A stretch of DNA of 64,000 bases from Octopus sinensis. Taxonomy: Eukaryota. Position 1 is the stretch's first letter; each line of letters begins with the position of its first letter. Position numbers and translations under genes: made by a program. Location of the stretch: the NCBI RefSeq assembly GCF_006345805.1, contig NC_043000.1:37262001-37326000 (forward strand). Direction: 5' to 3'. Positions 39,200-50,180 of the stretch are shown here, piece after piece. The notes beneath the pieces are model-generated. The model was not told the origin of the DNA and searched no databases. It saw only the letters and a program-made list of their open reading frames with translations.

Positions 39200-39951
39200 G
39201 AAAACATTATGTCCCATCCATGAATAAAAGTATTTTTTTTTAAATGTTAAAATATCAACTAGATTATGGCTGGGAGATAACAATTTACTTCAAAGTAGCT
39301 GCCTTCATCTTCTTCCATAACATCAAGATGGTTCCAAAACCTGAAGCATGCATTCCTCACTGCATCCCAACTCATCAGCTCAGCCATGATGTTGAAGGCA
39401 AAGCTATTGGTGTCTTTCTCAAAAGTGCCCCATACATGATATTCCATGGGATTTCATTCAAAGGAATTGGGAGGCTAGAAACTGGGTCTGGTGAAGTCAT
39501 AGAAATTCTCCAACAACCACTTCTAACTTTTTCCAGAGGTATGGCAAAGAGTTGAATCCTGCTGTGACACATATGACCTTCCTCAAGCAATCCTCTCCAG
39601 CTCACACTCATAAGATCATAATCTCCAGTAGGTTCACTTAACCATCTGAACACTTGCTGTTTCACTTCCTGTTGGCCACTACTTCCTAGTCTCTCACAGC
39701 TGTCCTTGTCATGTTATACAGCCTTTACAATGTTCACAGAACACTGAACAGCAGTTGGCATTTCGATACCAGGTGCAAGTCATCACAACACAGATAACTC
39801 AAATGGCTTCAAGTCCTCCATGGCAGCAAACTTTTGTCAATTACATCTTTAATCTTTATACTCACCAATGCTGTCGACTGTTCAATACGTCAAGCTGTTT
39901 TTGAAAATAGGAGACATAAAAATCCCTCAAATTAAGCCAAAACACCCTGTA
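39200..39951 (-). mobile_element. Internally deleted Tc1/mariner (maT, DD37-type) transposon remnant
   Basis: End TA|CAGGGTG at 39951-39943; minus strand QQDSTLCHTSGKS*KWL...F*PPNSFE*NPMEYHVWG...EGSYFE; 37 residues between the QQD Asp and the final acidic residue. Confidence 0.8.
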
Positions 39952-42187
39952 TATGCCTACTTAAAGGAAATCAGCATTTTTGTAAATGTTTCATTATCCT
40001 TTTACACAATATCTTGTAAAGCAATTTATAATTACAAGTGATAAAGTGAAACGCAAGTAATTAAAGGGCTCATCTGTCAGTTTATTTTGAGGTATTACTA
40101 ACACCATTTTTAGGTCAATCAAAAGTGTATGAAATGTGAATGTTAGATTATGACAATTCCAGCGTTTTTCCTATGGCTATAACTTTGCAGACAAAGTCTG
40201 AAATCACTTATTGTAATACCTTGCAGAGACATATATCGTTTCAACATACAGTGCTAACCAGCTATAATATGTTTTGAAAAGAATATTTCCAAAAAGTTTT
40301 CCTGTTTTCCTATAGAGGGATCTTATCTATTTTCATGTTCATGTATTATAAAGAAAAAAAAAACTCAAAAAACTGCACGTATAATACACAACTTAAAAAC
40401 AGCGCTATAGATGTGCCAAAACACACACGCTTGAGACATGGCCACCCTCACGCACTTCTTATGAGGAATTCCGGAAGGAGCTTCATGAGATCACTGCAGA
40501 GACGCTTCCGGAAAAAGAATTTCAGTAACCATTGGAAAATCGATTATAGCAGTGACTTGATCAATTCTTAGTGATATCTGAAGAAGGAATTTTTATATTC
40601 CGAAATATTATTATATCAGACTATGGATAATTAAATTATAAGTTATTATAGTCTACTCTGCATTGTTGTGCCATTCAAGACATGTTATATTTTACAAACA
40701 ATACACCCATGCCAGCATAGAAAATGGACGTTAAATGACGACGTCACCGCTGCCAATGGCACAAGGCTTCGAACGAACTACAATACTCTCTTATTTTTAT
40801 GCTGTTACTGCATATAATTGAAGAAACAAAAAGTTATTTCCTAACACTATACTTTTTTAATCTATTACTTACTGTGTATAATTCTAAGCTTTAAGGATTG
40901 TAATACATGCTATTATGTTGGTTCATTGCTTATGTTGCTTGCAATAATGGGCTACTGTTATTTGGTTATCTATGTGTTTTAATTTAAGCTTTTGTAACAA
41001 AAGACTGTTTATGAAGTCCTGCGCTTTCCAACAGCTAAAATAATAGAAACATAGAGAGAGTTATAAAGCTCATTATTTAATTATGTATTGACGTATCTGA
41101 TTTTGATCTTTACCTTGTTTACAGCAATACCATGATGCATGTTAATATATTACTGTAGGGTTTTCTTTAAATAAAGACTACTGCTCTTGAGATTACTGTA
41201 GCCTGTTCTGCATGAGTTTTTAATCTGTTGATAATACACTGTGTCAGTTCTTTGCATGTTTCATCACTTTCCTGGTCAGGCCCTATTTGATGTGGCTCAT
41301 TACAACTGTGATAACTACACAGGTTGTGTTCTTTGTCACAGCTGGAATAAGATATCTCACCTCCACATATTTGTTATAAGTTATATTTACACTATTAACA
41401 TGGTTAATGTTGTGATCGTTATTCTCATTGGTAACATTAACATTACTATTATTATTCTTATTAGCTTCACTACTGTTATTTCACCAGTTCTCAGCAGTTC
41501 TAAATAAAGTGTAACACCCACTCTTTATGGCTTTGATCTCTTACTCCACCAACCAGCGTCCTCTGTTGCTGTGTGCTTTAGTTCCATCTTCCATCTGGTT
41601 GAATATTTGCTTTGTTGCAGATGAGTTACGCTCTGTTCTCGACAGGCAAAATCTGGATACATTTGTTACCAGTATTGATGCAGTAACTGCCTTGATGATG
41701 TAGAAGCATTTATTAGGGTTTTGCTGTGACATTGTTCAATGTTTAGCTTCATTACTTCTGTCCATTTTAGTTTTCAGCCTCGTCACTATGTTTTCCTTTA
41801 AGTTGGTGTATCCTGAGAAAACAACCATCCTTTACTGCATATGCTATCCTTTGCTGTATATATGCTATCCTTTGATGTTAACTGTCAGTATCTGCTTTAA
41901 TGTAAAAACTGTCTGATGTATAAAATATTAACTTAGGAGAATTATTTTTATTTTATGGTCTTAAAGCTGGTGGGATGTAAACTGTGGCATTCTAGCAAGA
42001 AACAGCTAGATGAACATGTCCCTTTGCTGAACTCTCAGTTCAAATCTCATCCCTTTGAGGTTGATAGAGAAAGTATCAGTTGATGTAATCGATGAGCACC
42101 TTCCCCTAAAATTGCCATGTTTGTGTCTAAATTAGAAATGGTTATTTTGTTTTTGTTATTGTATACCTCCTCCTCATCATCATCATT

Positions 42188-42400
42188 AAAGGCAGTGAGT
42201 GGCAGAAAAAGTACAGCGATGGACTTAATAGCTATGTGAAATTTATTTATGTCTAAAAACCAAATCTCATCAAGGTAGACTTTGCCTTTCTTCGATTCAC
42301 TGTCAATTAATAAATACCAGCCATGTATGGAAATCAATACAGATATTTACACCTCCCATTCCAAATTTAAGGCTTTGTGTCAATGTTAGAAATAACTATT
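42188..42400 (+). mobile_element. Old SINE family D copy
   Basis: aaggcagtgagtggcagaa...gactttgcctttc, (ATT)n tail. Confidence 0.55.
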
Positions 42401-43305
42401 ATTATTATTATTAGTAGTAGTATTAGTAATAGTAGTGGTAGCTGTTGTTGCTGTTATTGTTGTAGCAGTAGCAGATGTCTAACTTTTCCTCCTCATGACA
42501 AAATAAGTACCAGTCATATATTGGGGTTCAGTTTAATACCTTATACCATTCCTAGTTAAATGTGTAAACTTTATCAATTGCTAGGCTTTTGATTTCTTCC
42601 TCTAACTAAAAGGCAAGCCCAAATTATCTGAATTCATGAAATTAACCCACTCCGGTTATTTCTCTTAGCTCACTCTGTGCATACATGTGTGTGAGTGTGT
42701 GTGCGTTCACGCACGCGCATGCCTCTGTGGGTGTGTGTAGCTCACTCACGTCTAAACATCCTTAATTTGTTTTGTAAAATACATATATTTTTGAAATCAA
42801 ATAATTTATAGCTTTGTTATTGCATTATAGAGTATTTGGTTACTTCTTTAACAAAAATCAATATATGAAGCTTGTTATATTTATTTATCATTTTGATCAC
42901 ACTGGTTCTTGTTTGTACTATTCATCTTGGTCTGCTGCAAATGAATATTCCTTGATTTTGAAATGGTTCCTCTAAGGATATACTTTCCCAAGTATCCATA
43001 CAGTAATCCATGCATAAACTGTGGAAAAAGTATGGATTGTTTCTTACATTAGAAAAAGAAGACACTCATATCTCTCTTGTAATCTTGTGCATCAGTGTTT
43101 TTATTGCAGAAACTAGGTAGCCTGATGACATGACTGGTAAACACACACCTACACCATCAAGTTTATCACCTTGAAATATTCTTGTCAGTTTCAGGCAATA
43201 TATTCTAAAGGATCTGTTTAGTTTGCTCAGATATCTATCGTGATCATCTAGGAGAACAGTGACATTGGATAATACAGTTCTATATTTAAGAGATGAGGAA
43301 TTATG

Positions 43306-43413
43306 TACATTATTTACATCTGATGGATATTTGTCCTCATCTTGTTTGTTGTTAACACAAGTGTTAACAACAAACAAGATGAGGACAAATATTGGTCAAA
43401 TGTAAATAATGTA
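43306..43413. repeat. Fold-back palindrome made of the 3' body of the hammerhead element
   Basis: 53-bp arms, 2-nt spacer, inner portion perfect; same sequence as 20852-20895 and 48241-48295. Confidence 0.9.
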
Positions 43414-44384
43414 AGTAACACTGGAATCATAGAAAGATATTCAGAAAAAAAAAATGTGGCCTGTTTCTTTGCCGATCTGAACAAAATACTTTCTGACATC
43501 AAATTTTGATAACTGACTTTTAGGTAAGAAACCTTACAAATTCTGGATTATTTTCTAGAATTTCTAATGTTCTGTTTAGATATATTCTGTTCTGTTACTA
43601 CTTGTGAAATTATTCAATTAGGAACTGATGGTCTACTTCCTGACACTAGAAGACAGTTTTGTGAAAGTGAGGAAAAAAAATTTCTTCAAGAATTTTACTG
43701 CTAGATACAATTTTTTTTTAACTGCTCGCCTTCTTCATTTTGTTGGCATATAGAAGAAGCCATGAAGACTAAAATAGATATAACTTCTATATAATTACAT
43801 TTTTTAAAAATGTAAAGTAGTAAAAAAAAAACCTTCAAAATTATAAAAAGATTGCACACAAATCTTGAAATCAAACTGAAGTAACAAAATTGGAAATAAA
43901 AATAGGCAAAACAAATTTCCAAATAAAATGAAAAAACATATATCACATAATCATAGTAATTGAATTATAACAAGAAACCCTTATTTCTACAATATTGCAT
44001 TTTTTTCTTTTTTACATTGAAATAAAATACACACTGTTTTCAGTGTGTGTGTGTGTGTGTTGAATGTGTATAAAAAGTTGTAAAAGTTTGAATCTGAAGG
44101 CAGTTTTATTAGACAGTGTGAGTTATAAAATAAATGGTCATATTGGGATATAATTTATGAAAATATTTTGTCTTTAAACAAATTTTCCTATATTTTTGTC
44201 TGAAGACTCTTTCTCAGATTTCAGAATCCGGATATAATGTTAATATGTGCATGTGTGTGAGTGTTTGTGTGTGTGTGCATGTGTATCTATCTATCTAGCT
44301 AGCTAGCTATATATATATATGTATGTATATATATATATATATATACAAACACAAACACACACACACACACATACTGTTTAACTT

Positions 44385-44775
44385 CTGTTTTTCTACACTA
44401 GCATGGGTTAGCTGAATACATTATTGAAGCGTTGTTTTACAGCTACATAGCCTTCCTGTCACTAACTCCTAACATGTTATTCAAATAAGACATTTCTCAC
44501 ATCCTCAAAGATATGAAGTGGGCAGATGATTTATTGACACAGGCAACAACACTGCTCATAGCTTACAACTCTGAATGAGTGCAAATGTAAAGAAAGACAC
44601 ACATACAATGAGCTTCTTTCAGTTTTCATTACCACATTCACTTACAGGGCTTTGGTCAGCCTGAGGCTATAATAGAAATCATTTGCTTCGAGTTCCATGC
44701 AGTGCTGTCAAACCTGAAACCATGTGACTGGGAAGTAAGCTTCTTAACCACACAGCCATACCTGCACCTATGTAC
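44385..44775 (-). mobile_element. Family G fragment followed by a SINE family B 5' part
   Basis: gcatgggttagctg...tagccttcctgtcac; gaagtaagcttcttaaccacacagccatacc. Confidence 0.55.
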
Positions 44776-45029
44776 CAATGCACACACACACACAGAGGAA
44801 TAGCGATTTGGAATCCATTTGCTTCACCCAACAGTATGGGTAAAAACCATGAACAAAAAACCATGAACTGCCGAGGGTGAATATGTACTGCAACCGAATC
44901 AACCAAATACAATGCTACATCAAAGGGGACTAGGAATCTCACCCAGCAGGAACATGTGTCAGATTGGAATTTAAGGAAAATAATACCGTAATTTTTCATT
45001 TTTCTTTATAATGTCTTGTTTATATATTA

Positions 45030-45212
45030 TGGCACATAAAAAGCACCCACTACACTCTCGGAGTGGTTGGCATTAGGAAAGGCATCCAGCCGTAGAAACC
45101 TTGCTAGATCAGATTGGAGCCAGGTATAGCCTTCTGGCTTGCCAGTCCTCAGTCAAACCGTCTAACCCATGCCAGCATGGAAAGCAGATGTTAAACGATG
45201 ATGATGATGATA
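45030..45212 (+). mobile_element. Family A (RTE 3' end) copy
   Basis: aaaagcacccactacactctcggagtggttggc...ccagcatggaaagcagatgttaaacgatgatg. Confidence 0.8.
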
Positions 45213-45309
45213 TCATTTATAGCTAATGAAATTTGTTTAAAACTGGGTGCTTTATTAATATCAGCCTGGATTTTTTAATTCCTTTCCTCTTTTTATACAT
45301 ATATAAACA

Positions 45310-46590
45310 CAGGCATGGCTGTGTGGTAAGAAGCTTGCTTCCCAAACTGCATAGCACCTTGGGTAAGTGTCATCTACCATAGCACTGGGCCAACCAAAGC
45401 TTTGTGAGTGGATTTGGTAGAGGGAAACTGAAAGAAGCTCATCATATAAATATATATATATATATGCATAAAAAAGAAAACAAAAAATGGAACAAGAATG
45501 TAACAAGCAACAAAACATCCGGACAGTTAGACAATACAAAAAAGGACAGGAAAAACAAGGACAGGTCAGTCGGAGTTTTCTATCTTCAGTCAAGTTCCAG
45601 ATTTTCTCAACAGTTTTGAGACTGCTCCAATCTGGCCGGCCCCAAGAAAATCTAAGCTAAGAACACTTGATTCCTTGGAAGCAAGTGAATGTACACAAAA
45701 ACAAGAACAAAAAGAAAACAGAGAAATAGTACATAAATGCAAATACAAACAACAGGATATTAACAACAGGTGTCTTTCAACTAAGGACAAATTAAATTAA
45801 GCTGGTGTGTGAGGAAGTGAAGCCTTATGGCAGGGACATAGAAGATGAAAGTCATGGGAAGGAATATAGATGTTGCATGGATGGTAGTTGAACCAAGAAA
45901 GAATAGTCAGGCTTGGCAGAACACCAGTCATGTGGAGGGAGAGGAGAGAGGTAGGGGCAGATGGATAGAAGAATTAGGAAGGGACGAGAAAGAAGAAAAA
46001 AAAGAAACGGGACAGAGTGGGGTTAAAGAGGAGGGAAGGTGAGAATGAAGTGAAGGCCAAGAAATGCGAAAGAGAGGGAGCGAGAAAAAGAAAAGTGGAA
46101 AGAACAAAGTAAGTGTGAAGGGGCTGAAAGAAAGAATAAGAGAGTCATGCAGAATTTAAATATATATATTTAAGCGGACGTTAAACGATGATGATGATGA
46201 CGATGATGTATATATGTACTTATATATGAGACCAAACATGTATGTACGCCGGTATATGTATATATAAAAAAGAATATAAAAAATGAAAGAAGAGCATAAC
46301 AGGTGATAACAAAACATCTGGACAGTTAGACAATACAAAAAAGGACAAGAAAAAACAAGGATGGGTCATTCGGAGTTTTGTTTATGTATCTGTGTTTGTC
46401 CTTCTGCCATCACTTGACAACTGATGTTGGTGTGTTTATGTCCCCATAACTTAGAGTTTGGGCAGAAGAGACTGATAAGATAAGTACTAGGCTTACAAAG
46501 AATAAGTCCTGGGGTCAGTTTCTTTGACTAAAGGTGATGCTCCAGCATGGCCACATTCAAATGACTGAAACAAATAAAAGTAAAAGATAC
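45310..46590 (+). mobile_element. SINE family B split into a 5' half (45310-45460) and a 3' half (46380-46590) by a nested insertion
   Basis: The two halves are colinear with the full copy at 33041-33441. Confidence 0.75.
45465..46380 (-). mobile_element. Nested element with ~115-bp terminal direct repeats, possibly Penelope-like
   Basis: 45465-45580 resembles 46263-46380 (aacaaaacatc(c/t)ggacagttagacaatacaaaaaaggaca...cggagtttt). Confidence 0.5.
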
Positions 46591-47482
46591 ATACATACAC
46601 ACATACATGTACATATATATCTAAGTGTGTGTGTGTGTTTGTATGTGGAAGAGGCACTTCTTTGAGCAATGTTTCAAACTTACAACCAGGTTTTTCTGGT
46701 TTGTGGTTTCTTTATTTCACTTATTTTCACCATTCATAAACCTACTCAGTACTTAGTTCATGTTTCAAATGTCTTTCACTAATTTTGTAAATTCACAGCT
46801 GTATTGTGCAGCCTATTTTATCAATGAGTACTAAACATTGACTCTGCATAACCACAGCTGAGGATCATAACAATAGAACTTGATCCTGTACACAGTAAGA
46901 GAAATTATTCAAATGCATGTTTATGCAACATCAAATGCATATAAATGCTTAGAATATATATCATTTCTATAATTTGAACTGTTATAAGTAATTTTTAATG
47001 TAAGACACTCTAGTATATTAGCTTCTCGTAAGTTATTTGACAGCTGTTAGACAGTCCAACCCTCCACACCAATAAGAATTAAAAGAAACAAAGACGATAA
47101 TCTAACACTCGTGATCAAGATAACAGAGATATATGATAAAGCTGAAAACACAACAAACAAAATGTACTATAAAACTATTTAGCTATGAAGCCAGAAACTG
47201 TGAGTGGGTCATTTCAATATCAAATCATTGAGTAACACACAACTGATCAAAACCATAGTAAATATATTGATTGGTTAAAGCAAACTTTAGGGCTGAATAG
47301 ATTCAATTTCAGACAAATATTGCAACTGATCTTCCTGCTTTAATTCATTCAAATGTTCCAGCTGCTTTGGCTGGTATTGAGGTTGTTGTTGCTTTTGTCA
47401 TATAATATGAATGAATGTAAAGAAATGTAATGAGCAGAAGGTGAACGGTGGAGCAGTAATTAAGTGCAATGTAAGAATGTCA

Positions 47483-47513
<31 letters not shown>

Positions 47514-47663
47514 TGCACATGCATAAAAAGCCTGAACGACAGAGTGCTGAAACATATGGAGAAGTGACAATGCAAACATATCTAACCAGGTCTTGACTGA
47601 AGAACAGACATTGAAATGATGCAGGTCTCTGTTGTTTAGCAGCCACATTTAGTTCTATGTAGT

Positions 47664-47884
47664 TTAACCCTTTAGAATTTAAACTGGTTGTATCTGGCCC
47701 AAATATTCTATTTGTTTTATTCTAAAACTAGCCAGATCTGGCTTCACTCACATACCCTACAATGACATTCTAAAACTAAACAGCTACATTGTTAAAATTT
47801 TGAAACTACAAGATAATTAATTCAAAATAATGTGAATAAATAAGCATTACATTTCACCAAGAAATCTGCATGCTAACTGGTTAA
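47664..47884. mobile_element. TTAA-flanked MITE
   Basis: TTAA-ccctttagaa...tgctaactgg-TTAA; same family as 26078. Confidence 0.75.
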
Positions 47885-48204
47885 TACCTGACTTGTGACA
47901 TGATTAAAGATTTCAGTGCTAGCAGCACAAGAATCAAATAACACAAGACTTAGCTGAACCATGAAAGTGCCCGTAGACTTTGTTGAGTTTTCCAGATTAC
48001 AATATGTCACAGCATTATTTCCCTTGTTTGATGTCATGTTTTAAGTTGAATGCTCATATTTGAAGCCAACGACAGTAAAAACAGCTGCTATGTATCTTAA
48101 AATGATAACTTACAAGATAGCAAGAAAGATCTACACTGATATATCAGCCCGGTCTTTCTCAAAATAATCTTCATTTTCAAAACCTGAAATACTATTTCTA
48201 ATGA

Positions 48205-48590
48205 AACAATACAGTTCTATATTTGAGAGATGAGGAATTATGAAGATTATTTACATTTGACGGATATTTGTCCTCATCTTGTTTGTTGTTAACACAACTT
48301 TTGGCTGATGTACTCTCCAGCCTTCATCAGGTGTCCTGGGGAAATTTCAAACCTGGATTCTCATTCCTAAGGTATTTTTCCAATGTTGTTATTATTATTC
48401 AGGTTACTACTTGGAATCAAACTCAAACCACTAAGCAGACCTAGTGCAGATATGAGTAGCATATGGGAACCGGTATTAAAGAAGGATAGAAAAATATTAG
48501 ATTTATAAGCCCTAAAATTCACTCTATAATTGACCATGGGCATATAATGTAGTGATTAAGAGCGCAGGCTACTAACCCCCAGGTATGGTC
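48205..48590. mobile_element. tRNA-headed hammerhead element (- strand, 48205-48430) plus an oppositely oriented head (48538-48590)
   Basis: Matches 20640-20895 and 43270-43413. Confidence 0.7.
48291..48335 (-). ncRNA. Degenerate minimal type I hammerhead ribozyme
   Basis: RC = GACAC-CUGAUGA-A-GGCUG-gagaguacau-CAGCC-AAAA-GUU-GUGUU; helices I and II and CUGAUGA intact, GAAAC decayed. Confidence 0.6.
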
Positions 48591-49049
48591 GTTAAGTGGA
48601 GCATAGAGACAAGGCAGAGGTCAGGTGAGACAAAACATAGATGATAAGCATTAGTTGTGCTTAGAATCTGGTGGAGGCAGCACAAGATGAGAGAGCTTTG
48701 AGGAGCTGAGGGTATTGTAATAAGGCTGTCTGTCTGTCTCATTGATGAGTTTGAGCAACTGGATTACCAGCTCATTGAGTTAGCATGCAGATGGCTGAAC
48801 ATTCAACAGACACCAATACATCATCATTATCTTATAACATTTATTTTCCATGCTGGCATGGGTTGGATATAACTCTCAGGCAGAATTAACATGATCATGT
48901 AACACGACTGGACTTTTAGATTTTATGTTACTATCACATATACTCAAAGAACTGGTGTGTGTGTGTGTGTGTGAAGTTCTTGTATCTACTTCTTGTAAGC
49001 ATCTCACTCATGTTTAAACATCATCAGTTCCTCATTAGACAAAACTTTC

Positions 49050-50180
49050 TTTGACACTCACACATCTCAACCATTTCCTCTTCTATGAATTCTTAAATAT
49101 ACCTTGCTGCTCTTAATGTTAACTTTCTTCTGGTTAAAAAAAAAAGCCACAACTATAAAGTCTGTAATAAAGTTTGGTCATATGTTTTGCCAAACCTCAT
49201 TAGCAGTCAAGTATTTTCCTTCATCATATCACCAGGCTATATTGCCCTTGGCATCCATAATGTTGAATTTCTAGAAGTTTCTAACTGTAAATTTTATCTC
49301 CCATATCAATTGCTTTGATGAGCTGTTTGAAAATCCATCACAAATAATGTTAATGTTGGCTATCATACTATGTTGCACTGGCTGGAGCAAAGAAGTTGTA
49401 TTCCTGGGAATATATTCCACTCACATATTAGCAGAATGAACATTTAAGTTAATTGAGTGGTTTGGTGAAGTGACTATAAGGTGCAAAGTTTCATTAGAAA
49501 TATTACACCTGGCACTGTGCCTTTCTATAGCAGGGTAAAGAATTTTGTAAACCAGTCTTGGAAATGTTTTGCAGCCATCCAAGTCTTGTTACTTAATGCA
49601 AAAGCAAAATCACAGTAGATTAAATTTTGTCCTTAATAGCCTTGGGTTTTCAGAGTGATAAAAGCTTTAATTTTATATCACTGGCTGCATTTCTTCTCAC
49701 AAGATGCATTAGAAGAATTCTGGAAGCTTTAAAATCCAGTGATGAATTTTTTCATCCGAAAAAATTTCTTAGCAGCCAAATTTTCCAGAGAAGTTTCGTT
49801 TCACCAACATTGTACACATTGATGTGTAACCTCATTCAGTCATCATTTTCTTTAACTCTTCATGCCAATTAGTAGCAGCCTCTCTATCACTACTAGCAGC
49901 TTCACTAGTCATATGAATATTGTGCAAATTAAGATGCCTCTTAATCCTTTCAAACTAGCCTTTACTAGTAAGATAGTTTTCAATTAGAAATTACACCTGC
50001 CTGTTTCTTCAGATAAGTGAGTAACTGATAGAGCGCTTGACCTAATTTCGTTATGTGACATAATGTGATATATTTTTCTGTTAACATTATTGTACAATTA
50101 CAATGCAAATCTTAGTAAAACATCAAGTTTAACATCCAATATAGTCTCTTTACGGTTTCTTTTGAAATTACTACATTCAG
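49050..50180 (-). pseudogene. pogo/Tigger (CENP-B-like, DDE_1) transposase remnant
   Basis: KRNRKETILDVKLDVL; TSKG*FERIKRHLNLHNIHMTSEAASSDREAA; YHSENPR; SNKTWM..FQDWF; VEYIPRNTTSLLQPVQHSMIA; many stops and frameshifts. Confidence 0.85.
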
